Of a stretch of DNA of 64,000 nt, positions 12,315 through 24,499 are shown one piece after another; position 1 is the first letter of the stretch; every line of letters starts with the position of its first letter. Source of the stretch: Mizuhopecten yessoensis (taxonomy: Eukaryota). The DNA is taken from NCBI RefSeq assembly GCF_002113885.1, contig NW_018404940.1, positions 1,983,286 to 2,047,285 of the forward strand, given 5' to 3'. Below the pieces are notes generated by a model. It did not search any database and had not been told where the DNA came from. It saw only the letters and a program-made list of their open reading frames with translations. A program made the translations under genes and the position numbers.

Positions 12315-13078
12315 CAGGAGATAGAAACTGTGATTGGAACATCAAGACGGCCGTCACTTGCCGACAAACCCTCCATGCCTTACTACGAAGCTTTTATAGC
12401 AGAGGTTTTCCGGATGGGCAACATTGCTCATCTCACTGGGCCACACGGTGCCAAGAAGGACACCCACTTCTGCGGCATGATCATTACAAAAGAGTCAGCG
12501 ATAATACCCAATCTAGACTCCGTTATAATTGATCCGGACCTTTTTGAAAAATCCTCATAGTTTTTTACCCGAAAGATTTCTTGGAAAAGACGGACAACTG
12601 AATGGCAAAGAAAGAACTGTTATTGTTTTCTCGCTTGGTTATAATTTGTTGTTGTTTTGCATAATGTATTTTATTTATCGAAATCATATCAGCAGATCTA
12701 GATAACCGTTTTTGGATTTTTTCATAAAAATCTCAGAAGATGAGATTTTTAAACAAATTTATCATCCTTAGTAATTTTGTAATTATTTCATTGCACTAGA
12801 AATGGTTTTTTTTGCGTTGAATTTAATTTAATAGTACTTTAGAATAGTAGTTTATATTAAAGTTATGTTCACTTTGTCTTCACAGGACGACGAATCTGTG
12901 TCGGGGAATCTATGGCTAGGATAGAGCTATTTCTATTCATGACGTCACTGCTGCAGAGGTTCTAGTTTCTCCCAGAGAGCGCAGACAAGCTCCCGTCGTT
13001 CGATTCGAATTTAAGACTAGCGCGGGATCCTCGGGACTATAAGTGTAAAACTGTTCGTACTTTTATGTCTCATCGGTA
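12315..13078 (+). pseudogene. CYP2-like partial exon 3 and exon 4 remnant
   Basis: 12315-12637 reads QEIETVIG...EVFR...PERF with a stop at 12558-12560 and a GT donor at 12638. Exon 4 from 12886 reads [16 protein letters not shown] with TAG at 12963-12965. Confidence 0.85.
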
Positions 13079-13609
13079 ATGCTAAGGGCCAAAAAATAGA
13101 AATCTAAATCGGTCAAAACTACTGTTTAAACAGAAATGAAGAGGCGTAATACCTCCTAAATTTTAAATTTCAAAATAAGAGGAATACTGATTTATTTAAT
13201 ACCATTAACGACTGAAATGTCCATATTCACAACATAACAACAGTGTCACTATTCAAGAGAGATAATTGTTGCCATCAAGTTACGGCAAATTTTGGGACTA
13301 AAATATCCACCTGAAAAGTCACCATCGTGTATCTTAAAAGAAGAAAGTAAAGAATATATGTAACTGCACTTTAAATTCGGCAATAGGTGCAGTATGCCGA
13401 AAGTGAATTAAACTGCATCATACAGATGTTACGTCTTTATATATAAGGCTTACAAACTTATACTGCTACCAAAGCTTTGAGTGCATTGGGAGTCTCATCA
13501 AAGGTTTGTTATAGTATAACTGTCTTCGTGAGGGGAATATTCGTTTTGATTTACATCGCAATAAAACGATTGAAATGTTGATTTCTGTATGTAAGGTTGG
13601 CTTACAATT

Positions 13610-13734
13610 TGGTGGAGATAACAATGCCTTGCCACAGCGAAATCTGGTTTGTTCTGCTTAATGGAGCAGCGATTGTTGTTGATTCTGATATTGAGTTTTG
13701 TGCTAGTTTCACCCACGTCCATTTTTGCCTAGCC
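13610..13734 (-). mobile_element. Penelope-like GIY-YIG endonuclease remnant
   Basis: VGETSTKLNIRINNNRCSIKQNKPDFAVARH matches the YVGET..L..R...H......VA.H pattern; it abuts the 5S TRIM. Confidence 0.55.
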
Positions 13735-13738
13735 ATAC

Positions 13739-14169
13739 TGTAACGTGCGGGCGGTCACCCATCCAACTACATGTATTGACCACGCTCGACGTTGCTGAAC
13801 TAGTGAGCGAGTCCCCGGGTCATATCGCATCGCTGGAAAAGCTAGCTAGCCAGTAAGGTAGTATTTCCCCCTCATATACATTATTAGCGGTTACACTCTT
13901 CCCCCCTCTGGGAAGTCTCGTCCTGGGGAATCCCGTAGGTCCTCCCTATGTATCAATGCACCTTCCTTAACCACCGTGAACTGGCCTTACATGATTACAG
14001 AATCCCAACGCTGCCACCAAAAGTAACGTGTGAACGGTCACCCATCAAACTACTGACCACGCTCGACGTTGCTGAACTAGTGAGCGGATCCCGGGGTCAT
14101 ACCGCATCGCTGGAAAAGCTAGATTGCCAGTAAGGCATTATTTCCCTCCCATATACCTTAACTGTAACA
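13739..14169 (-). mobile_element. Non-autonomous LTR retrotransposon (TRIM) with 5S rRNA-derived LTRs
   Basis: Direct repeats 14022-14169 and 13739-13895, the latter TGTAAC...GTTACA. PBS TGGTGGCAGCGTTGGGATTC (14019-14000), PPT AGAGGGGGGAAGAG (13909-13896), TSD ATAC (13735-13738 and 14170-14173). Each LTR has about 55 nt matching the 5S rRNA internal control region. Confidence 0.85.
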
Positions 14170-14774
14170 ATACTCGGACAAAAAAACATGTAGGTGGCTG
14201 CCATAGATCATCGCCCAAACTGGAATGAATAGAAAAGGCGCCCAAGGGAAAGATACTAGAACACCAACCTAAAACCCTCTACCCTCGAGGTATGAACAAA
14301 CGATAAGCTCTTGTTATCCGTTTGTTTCCCTTCGAGGTAGCTAGGTTATTGACAAGATGGTTCACTTTTATTGGTCTGGTGACTCAAACCTGCTGCCAGA
14401 CAGTGTATGAGACTGATTGACGCTGTCGGATTTAGTGGACGAACTATCTGTCTCTCGATGTGTCATTTCGTCAATTACATTTTATTTATACTTGTGCTAC
14501 AGATTTTACTCATTCTAACTAAATTTTGATAATATAATTTATGCAAAAACATATATTTACTATATATTCATTAATCAGAAAGATATTTCAATAATTGTTA
14601 TTCCATATTGCATTTGTCATCTTGGGACGAATCGTGCCATTTTCCCAGCTTTTGCATCTTCACGCTCCAGTTTTTTTCGGTATTTTTAATCTCTTTGTCG
14701 TTGACGCATATACACAGTTTTATAGCTAGGTCAACGATGTGGTCATTGTACATTCTGCCTGCGGCCTACGGTTG

Positions 14775-17700
14775 CAGACCTGTTTACATCTACGATTTTA
14801 GCGTAGTTTCTACGATTATTGAAGTTGAACTACGCTCTACACTTTGGAGAGTAGTTTCTACGCTTTCTACGAAAAAATCCAATAAAATGCCATTGCGTTT
14901 TCGTCATCCTTTGTTGTGTGTTCTGTATCGAATGCAGTCTGTAAATCACATAGTCACTCAGACGCTTATCACAATTTTTATAGGCATTACAAACACCAAA
15001 GTGATCCCGTATTCATCTAATGGTTTATAGACGATAATCGCCGAGGGGTTTCAAATGAATATCCCTCTAATGGTTAATGAAGGTTCCCGATGCGTTCCAA
15101 ATATATATTGGGAAACGACATTTTGACACGAGCAGACGATGCTGAAACGAAAATGCCAAGATGCTCCGCCAAATAATAAGAAGGTGGCGACTCAGCGGTA
15201 CCGATTATCATACACGGAAAATTGGAAATGCCTGCAGCCCTCCAGGAAGGGTGACACGTTCGTTCATTGCACTGTCTGCCGATCAGACTTCTCGTGTAAG
15301 CATGGCGGGAGTTTTGACTGCAAACGACACGTCGATACAAAGATGCACAAGGATTTACATATGTTACACTCTAAAAACGTGTCGATTGCTACTTTCTGTA
15401 AGACGAACACTACTGGTGAAGATCAGCGGACTCGGAATGTAACGAGAGCGGAATTGAAAATGTGCGAACTTATCGCAAATCAGAACATGTCCCTAAGTGT
15501 TGCAGACACCCTTCCTCGGGTATTCCGTACGATGTTTCCGGATTCGAAGATAGCTGCAGGTACGTGCTAGATATTATATTGTTTTATATAAAATTATTAT
15601 GTCAAATTAACAGAGGAACAAAAACGGCGAAAATAACTAAAATTGCGAAGTGTGTCGTACTCGTAGTTGTAGCGTAGTTGTGCCTAAATATAGGTCTACA
15701 TCTGAATCATCACTCAGAAAAACAAAGAGGGATATATGAAGAAGCTACACGTATTTAATACCCATTCAGTAAATTCAATGAATAAAAAGATATCACATTT
15801 GTAAAAAAAAAGAAACCAACTTGACCTAACCATTATTCTTGATCAAAGGGAGATAAATCGTTTTAAAAACTCTGGATTAACTCCTACAAATATGTAAGTT
15901 TTTTTTAATGATTTATTATATTTTTTTGTAAATAATCAAGTTTTGTTTGTGAATATATATTGTTTATAAGTAAGTTCATTGTTGACATAGTTTTATAATA
16001 ATTTACATTGAAGTTTATTTTAAAATAAGGTAATGGTCCTAATTGGTGAATTAAAACTGAATTAACATGTTATTAATTACTTATTTGTTGACAGACATGA
16101 AATGTGCCCGCAACAAAACAACTGTCTTGATTAAGGAGATTGCTACCTTACAACAAGGATCCCTAGCAGAGAGAATGAAAATGCGGCCATTCACCATATC
16201 GACTGATGGATCTAATGATGAAAAAAGCAAGCAGTACCCAATAGTAGTCAGGACATTGGACACAAAAACTGGAACTGTAAATTCGGAACTGTTGTCAATA
16301 CCAATTTGTAAAGGTTCAGCAACAGGTATGTTCAAAATAAACTATGGATTTAATATGTTTTATGCTTCAGTATATTAATTAGTATAACATAAATTATAAT
16401 TCAGACTAGTATTGTATTAATTAGTCGAGTCATGACATACCAGCCAACGATTTAAGAAAATTTTACATTTCACAAATTGAAGATTTGAAATTGTGTTTGG
16501 AGAATATTCTTGTTTTATGTTTAGACATTTCAAATTATATTGGAAGAGTTTTCTAACTTTTCTTATATTACAATGATTTTATTTGCCATTTTATCAAAAT
16601 ATGAAATGTAATTAAATTTAACGGGTTTTAGGAGAGGCCATATTCAACATGATGGATACCGCTTTACAGGAGAGGGGCATTCCGTGGTCGCAATGTATGG
16701 CTCTTGGCTGTGACAACGCAAATGTGATGACTGGGCACAAGAAGGGAGTCTTCGCATTTGTAAAGCAAAAGCAGCCACACATATTTCTGGCTGGATGTAC
16801 TCTCCATTTAGTCCACATTGCAGCTAAGAAGGCAGCAGCAGCAGCTCTTCCTCCAGTGGATGATATCCTGGTGGATATATATTACTTTTTTCACAAAAGT
16901 GACAAACGCCGCTCAGCATTCAAGGGGACACAGGCACTTTACGACTTGGAACAGAAGAAAATGCTGAAGCATGTCTGTACTAGATGGCTCAGTATTGGAA
17001 GGTAATTAACAATTGATAGCATATTCTTACTAATAATTAGAGCTTGCTTACTGAACATGTACAAAAAACTACATGTTTTTAAAATAAGATATTTACAAAA
17101 TGCATTTTTTTAACAAGTCATCGATGTAGCTTTGTTAGAACATGTACAAACATCACATTTTTTGAATATGATATGAATAATTAAACTTTAAACATCAATA
17201 TTTTTCAATTTATTCTTGATTTTGTAGATGTGTCGATCGGATGCTGCTCAACTGGGATGCACTAAAGGACTTCTTTAAAGAGCAGAAAGATGCAGTGGAG
17301 TTAACAAAGTCAAAGAAAGCAGCAGCTGTAGCAGCAAAGAAGTCCAAGATATCAAGCTGTCCAAAGAATTCTACAGAAGAATCATCAGCGCCTGGATATG
17401 CAGAACAGAAGATTGAGGCCATCTATTCTTTCGTCAGGTCCCCGACCAATCGTCTGTATGTCCTCTTTCTTCAGTACACTATCCATGTGTATGATGACAT
17501 TCTATTAAATCTGCAGTCAGATGAACCAAAAATACACATACTACAACGCTCTCTGCAAAAGCTTCTGAGGAATATTCTGACAAGGTTCATCAAGCCCGCA
17601 GCTATGCTTAGTATAGCTGTTGACAAGGTACAGTACAAGCAGAACTGTAACATCAAACCAAACACCTCACTTGTGATTGGAGAGGAAGCCAAAAACTTCA

Positions 17701-18705
17701 TTGAGAATGCTGAGGTAAATCACCTCCGCTCACGAAAGGTTGAGGAATTCTACAAAAGTGTAGTCCGATACTTTCATGAAGTTTGTGACTACATTTGCAG
17801 CAAGCTGCCATTGAATGATCCTGTCTTGTCAGCTGCACAGGTGGCGGATGTAAACTTACAGACAATTGCAAAGTCATCTGACCTTCGTTTCTTCATTGAA
17901 AGATACTCGTGTATCATTCCTCCAGCAACAACAAAAGACAAACTACTTGAGCAATTCACTTTGTATCAATGTACAAATGTCAGCAGCTGTACCAATGAGC
18001 AAACCAGGATGGACTCAATCTGGTCCATGATTGGGAAAATGCGGGACGAGGAAGGGAAACTTATGTTCTCAGAACTCTCGGTGGTAATGTGTGGCATCCT
18101 AACCATACCACACAGTAGTGCACACTGCGAGAGGGTGTTCTCCTGTGTACGTAAGAACAGAACTGAGCAGCGAGCATGTCTTGGAGATAGTACTCTTGAA
18201 AGTCTCCTGGTAATTAAATCTTCAGGCACCCCTCAGGATTACACGGACAAGGAACTGGACCATATCAGGGGGTCGTACTACAGATCTCTGAAATCTTCAT
18301 AAAATGCTGCTTACAGAATTTACCCAATGTGCTGGGTTGCCAACTTGTGTTACTGGACAGATTTGACCCAAAGTGCTGGGTTGTGTTTGTTTTATAACTT
18401 TTATTTTGCAATAAGATTAAAAAAGAAAGACAAAATCATCTGAAATGGTACCAATTATTTATTTGATGTTGTCACTTAAAATGTACCAGAATTCACCTCA
18501 GAGCACCTAGGAATTCAATTTTTTCCGGGGGAGACCCCCCGTACCCCCCTTGCAGGAGGGGGCTTAGGCGCCCCCTCCCGCACCCTCCCCTGCCTGGCCG
18601 CTTCGCGGCTCGGATGCTGGCGATGCCAGCATGTAAAAACTACACTTACCAAATTCAAACTACACTTTAATTCCTCTTTGACAAACAAATGGGTAAACAG
18701 GTCTG
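14775..18705 (+). mobile_element. Complete hAT-superfamily DNA transposon (3931 bp)
   Basis: Perfect 13-bp TIRs CAGACCTGTTTAC (14775-14787 and 18693-18705). Direct flanking repeat CGGTTG (14769-14774 and 18706-18711). Clustered CTACG/CTACAC subterminal motifs and an internal transposase gene. Confidence 0.92.
15139..18302 (+). CDS. hAT transposase, 4 exons, 698 aa, apparently intact
   Basis: Exons 15139-15559, 16095-16325, 16632-17001 and 17228-18302 join in frame through GT-AG introns (2097 nt). Motifs: BED-type zinc finger (CTVC...HVDTKMH), catalytic STDGS and GCDNA, CTLH, TRW, and C-terminal SAHCERVFS of the hAT dimerisation region. Confidence 0.88.
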
Positions 18706-19547
18706 CGGTTGCCGAGGGGCTTATTGTTTTCAAATACTGATGATAGTTATATTTCTTTTTTGTTTTTGTTTTTGCGTAATGTAATTTAAGTGTTCTGTGT
18801 TTTCACTGTTTCTTAATATACAATGTAGGAACGGATTGCTCCGAAATTTGACAACGTCATTTTGTGTTTACTGTTGGAATTACTTTTTTGCTCTGTATGT
18901 ATTTAGATTCAGTATATATACGAAAACAGTGCAGTGAGGCAGGGATTCTTAACTAACATCAATTTGCTAAGGATTCCATAGACCTTGTTAAGAGGTCTTT
19001 CGCCGGTTATCACAACCGCACCTACGAGCATAGACCTAGACAAATCGCTACTCGCCCTCTGCATGCTCGCACCACTGCCAAAAACGGTGACCTGTTCCTT
19101 GCATGTTTAAAACTTCGATGAATCATTTATCGGAAGCCCGTGTTGAGAAAGAATGTGGCCAATGAATCTTCAAAATTGTAATTTTAACAATAAAGCATAA
19201 TGCAATTTGATTGGGATGGAGGCAGTGTTGTGTAATCTTTGAAACATAGGAAACATATTGATCTGTTGCATCTTATCGCAAAATCGAGAAGAAGCAAAAG
19301 GTTATAATTCATATGTTAAGTTCTTTCCTTATCTGTGTATGTACTGGTTATTGAGCTGTTAATTTAAGAAAATAACGAGAAAAACAAAATTACACCAATT
19401 AACTTAATTGGTATCGAAAATATCCATCAATCTCATTAGTGTGTGTTGTGTTTTCGTTGCCACTGCCCTGGTTCTCACTATGGTGACGTGATATTACTTA
19501 GATTTGACGTGTATTGTTATCCGATCATACAGGGTTTGTCGGTTGTA

Positions 19548-19725
19548 TACACGTACTGACTCATGATAATATCAATACAAGTGTGTCCCATATAGTCAAA
19601 ATAATTCTCCCCGGCTAGGTATTGTGAAACACTACGAGCTCAATTGACGATCTACTCGCAGGACGGCTTACCTTTCGTTCTATTTAATGACCTTCAGTAC
19701 GCGTGTTGTTAATCCAATAGATTGC
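19548..19725 (-). promoter_or_regulatory. CYP upstream/5'UTR-homologous block with no downstream coding exon
   Basis: Aligns with the region upstream of the CYP ATGs at 34340-34545 and 51390-51575 (gcaggacggcttacctttcgttctatt-aatgaccttcagtacg). 20020-20130 also matches 45815-45940. Confidence 0.65.
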
Positions 19726-19830
19726 TGAACACTAAACCTGTATTTCTTTATGTGACTAAATGTTAATCTATCTTTGGGAACTTGTAAATATAATAAGAAG
19801 AGAAGAAATGTTAAGGTAGTTTGTTTTTCA

Positions 19831-19913
19831 CCCTTTCACCACTGTAGACCATAATGGACTCATTCATATCAATGCATGGTAGAGTCTACTAAAGTTACAT
19901 AGGGGTGAAATGG
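19831..19913. mobile_element. Small piggyBac-like MITE
   Basis: TIRs CCCTTTCACCACT and CCATTTCACCCCT (11/13 match), flanked by TTCA and TTAA. Confidence 0.5.
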
Positions 19914-20526
19914 TTAACCTCTTCAGTATGTTAGCGTACGGAGCGAATGAAAGTCTAACACGATCAATATTGATAGTAGTTGCGTGCCCATAACGTGTGA
20001 CGTTTCCCCAGTACACAGAGGTAGAATGTCAGCAAATAGAACGACACATAAATACGACTTTGTCATTCTTCACGTTGAAAGAGGAACACTTTGCACTTAA
20101 TGTTGACCTATATAGGACGTCATTTATGAAATTTCTATTGCTCGCTTCTTCGTTTACAAAATATAACGACATAATTTTGTATGTAGACGAATCGTGAAGT
20201 TCTTCAAAAGATGCAGAAAGACATGAAATTGCCTTTCCTCGTACATATTTCTATACGCGATGGAAAAACTTTATTATCATTTATTATCTTTCTTACTTGG
20301 GCGAAATCGAAATCGAATGAAGTCTTCATTGTTTGTATAATTGCAGCCAAAGTATTCCAGTCGTATGGATTTATACGTCTCTCGTCTATTATTTATTCAT
20401 CAAAGGGAAAAGTATGTATATTTCAATGAACAAGGAAAGACCGGGTCGTATGGATTTAGTTATTATGAAAGTACTAAATACTACAGCGGCGGATTCAAGG
20501 GCAGAGCATACAGTACCAATGACCCC

Positions 20527-20541
20527 NNNNNNNNNNNNNNN
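20527..20541. other. Assembly gap (15 N)
   Basis: Run of Ns flanked by C-rich sequence. Confidence 0.99.
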
Positions 20542-21889
20542 CCTTCATTCCCTCTCATTCCCACTCCCTCCCCCATCCCACCCCACCCTATCACACCCCA
20601 GCCCATTCACCATTGGTTGCTCAAATAAATAAGAAAAATCTTGCATGGAAATATAGCAGCAAGATCGATGGTGCTCCCCCTTCCTCAAGTCCTAATATAC
20701 CTTTCTCATTTTGGGGTAGACCTAGCACGGAGCAAGGAGACAGAGACCTAGACAAGTAAAAAGCAGGGGTCATTTCAAAAATAATTTTATATGGAACGAA
20801 GCGTATAGGATATGTCAGAGTGTGTACACACGCATGCACGTGACTACAGGTAAGCGAACAGGTAAGATCATATGGAGACACAGATAATAAACTATGTAAC
20901 CGGTAACCACAGTCGTTATAGTCTTTTTCGTGGCTCATAGCGGCAAGTATGTGACCGTGGTAATTGATATTTAAATATCTTCGTTAGGGATCTCACCCGG
21001 GACGTCTGCTGTATTTTTCAGAGCCAAAATATCCAGTTGGAAGAAGTTTGTATTTTACCAGAGTGACAGGGATCACATATACATTTGTGGATTAAATTTA
21101 CCATCCACAAACTTTTAGGACACGATATTTCCATATTACGAAAGAAATGTTTAACGCTTACACGGTTTTTCGTCACTTCATTCCTTTGCATTTTTGTATA
21201 GAGGTGGTTGGACAAAGGGACGTTTATTAGCATCCCTTCGTGGCAGAGTATGATACATTGTATTCTTATTTCTATGCTACTGTGATCAACTCTAGCATGC
21301 ACTCAAAACATGGTATGCTCAGTTTATATTGTATCAGTTTACTCAAATGTGTGTAAATAATCCGAAATACATGCGTGAAAACACTTGGATTGAATACAGA
21401 GTAAAATGGCACTGGATAAGTGTGCAGCTTAATTAGTATCACAGAGTTAGATCTCGTTAATATGTAACGTTGCAATCACATTAAGATAAGGCATCAATTT
21501 GCCTGAATTACTACATGAATTATTAAGATGGTTTAAGTGGGGAGGGGTCTTGTCTACCATGAAAATAAAATAGCAACCATTTAACCTTCACATTTGCAAA
21601 ACCCTCAATACCGAAATCACATTTTACAGTTGTTTCATGCCTTATCAGTCAACAGCCGAACCTATTTTCCCGAGGAGTTGGGACCCACCAGATGAACTGT
21701 TTTCCGAGGCCGCACATAAGAGCACCTGTATTCCATAGATATTTCATGAGTACAATAAATGAAAAGTTTCATCAAATTCTGTCTAGTCCTTTGGGATTAT
21801 ATTACAAACTTACAAACAAAATGGAATTCTATATGATAACATCTCTATGATATAATTAAACATCCTCACAGATTTTTTGTTTCAATGTT

Positions 21890-24499
21890 TCATTTCAACT
21901 TAACAGCGCAGCACTTGTAGTCCTTGGACGCCCGAACCAATCCCAGGGTCGCGTCAAATGATGGGAGTTTGTCGGGGCTTTCCGGGAAAAACTCGAACCT
22001 TTGCAGCAATGAGGTTAAAAACAAAAATAGCTCTAACCTCGCCAGAGATTCTCCAAGACAGATTCGTCGTCCTGTAAAAGATATAATCAGATAAAGTCAT
22101 CAAATCATTTATGCATACAATAGTTTATGGGACATCTTTACTTTATTTCGAGATTTGCGGCTAAACTGTCAGAGCATAATCACTCAAATATTGAACAAGG
22201 AATTACACTGGACCAAACAGCTGTTCTTTACTTCTATAATTTATAAGTGATGCTTATTAACGGGACAAAAAAAAAATCAAAACTGGTCTAAACGTCGATA
22301 AACAAAATGTAATTACAATATATAAATAATATCTATAATCATTTTTATCAAATATCTATATCAATAAAATTTACGAATGAAAAGCAAGCAAACTAACAAA
22401 CTATATAAGTACCTAGAGAGAAAGCCATTACAGTCCTTTCCTTGCCATTCATTTGTCCGTCCTTTCCTAGAAATCTCTCTGGTTGAAACTTATCCGGATT
22501 CTCAAACAGGTCTGGATCAGTCATAACTGAGTCAAGATTTTGTATTATCAACGATCCCTTTGGGATAATCATGCCCCGGAAATGGATATCCTTTAAGGCC
22601 CCGTGAGGCACAGACAGTGGGGCGATGTTGCCCATTCGTAAAACCTCTGTTATAAATGCTTCGTAGTAAGGCATGGAGGGTTTGTCGCCAAGTGACGGAA
22701 GCCTTGACGTCCCGACCACAGACTCTATCTCCTGTCGGAGCTTATCCTGGATAGGTTTGTTGTGAATGAGGTAAATGATCGCCCAGCGAATTATGGTAGC
22801 TGTTGTGTCAGTCCCGGCGCCAAACAAATTCATGACGGATGTCGTTAAGTTCATATCTGTGTCCATACATGAAAATTAGAAAATAATGCCAGGTATAGGA
22901 AAAAAACGAAATATTTGACAGCATATTTTAACAAATACAAAAGAAAAAAAACTTTCCCAACAAAATTTAAATCCAGCAAATTTGAATTATAACGTTAGAC
23001 TTTTGAGGGTCAAAAGATTAAAAAAAAGTGTTCTGATACGTTTTTGGTAATACAGGATAATACTTACCAATGCATGATCACTATTGATTTTTGTTTGATC
23101 AAACAGTGTTTAAAATATACACTGTTTAAGAGTAATAATTCTCTGCTTTGCTACCTTTGCTACATACCTTCAAATATCGGATCATCTTCACCATGTTTGA
23201 TTTGTTGTCTTAGAAACGCATCGACGAAATCTCGCTGATTCTCCTCTTCATACGTTTTTCGATGCTCAGCGATCTGTTCAAAAACAAAAGATTTGATATC
23301 GGCGAAATTTTGAATCAGCTTCTTCACATTGAACATATCTCCAGGAAGGAATCTTACTCCAGGAAAAGATCGTAGGGCCCCTCCAACTGAAAGTAACCGA
23401 AAGTTCTCAGCGAAAAGCGATGTAAGTCGCTTGAATTTTGCGTCAGTGTATTCAAATCGGTTTCCGAACGTAATACTGCATATGATATTTGATATGGCAA
23501 TGGTTGTAATTTTTTTCATGTCATAAGGTTGTCCTTCCTGTTTTTCAATGAATTTCAAATAAGCCTCTATTTCTTCTTGGACTCTTGATTCCAAAGACTT
23601 CTTTCCAAATCCAAAATTCCGAAGTGTGGACAGAGAAAATGTCCGGGTTTGTTTCCAGTGTTCACCAGAAGAGAAACCAATACCTAAAAGTAAGATTATA
23701 TACGATTTAAACCTGATTTTGTATCGGTGGTTTTATGTGATCAATTATTCGAAACATTAACTCATGAGTCATGTAATTACGATATAACTGTCAATCTTAT
23801 CTTTATATTTGTATATATTCATTTTTCTATGCATATTTTCCCTTTTGATACTTTCTAATTATCCAATCATTCACGGCACGTAACCCACTCCCACCTCACT
23901 AATATATGTGAATGAAATGTTAGTTGTATGTATGTTGTTGTTGTTTTTTTACTCTGATAAATATAGTCATAGAGTAAAGAATATTCCACAACAATACCCT
24001 CACAGGTAAAAACGATTTTCATATAACGGGAGGGGAGATATTTTTTTCTGTTAAATATAGTCCTAGAGTTAAGAATGCAACTATTATATTCATCCATGTA
24101 CTGATAAACTGTCAGAGGACTTGCATCTACTTTGATTTTTCACAATTTACCTTTAGAGTGGAAAATATTTTCTGTCATAAAGCCGCCTGGTCGATCGGAG
24201 AATTCCTCCCCTCTTTTAACAAACGCCTCTCTTAACGCCTCCTTTCCATTGATAACCACGTTGAGATTAGGTCCAATCTTCAAACTGAAAACGTCGCCAT
24301 ATTGTGCTCGAAGTTTTCGAAATGTCTCCAGGACGTTTCCTTTTCGCAGTAGAGGCATGCTTCCTATGATAGGATAGCCCGATGGTCCGGGTGGGACATT
24401 GGCCGGCCATTGTAGTGTCCGACTGACCAGCAGGATCAACAATACAACAACGAAAGCCACTGTCACAGTGTTAAAGCTGAATAGCGAGCCGAAATCCAT
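21890..24499 (-). CDS. Cytochrome P450, clan 2 (CYP2-like), intact 4-exon gene, 496 aa
   Basis: Exons 24499-24151, 23683-23168, 22856-22413 and 22071-21890 (349+516+444+182 = 1491 nt) with GT-AG introns, all phase 1, and no stops. Motifs: N-terminal TM anchor plus PPGP hinge, WKQTR C-helix, AGTDTT I-helix, EVLR K-helix, PERF, heme signature FSLGRRICLG split by intron 3. Confidence 0.93.

Noticed and set aside
13750-14090. Functional 5S rRNA genes
   Set aside because: Only about 55 nt of the internal region match. The 5' and 3' stems and the T-run terminator are absent, and the matches sit inside LTRs.
15139-18302. Domesticated ZNF862/ZBED-type host gene
   Set aside because: Perfect TIRs, a TSD and an empty-site homolog indicate a mobile element.
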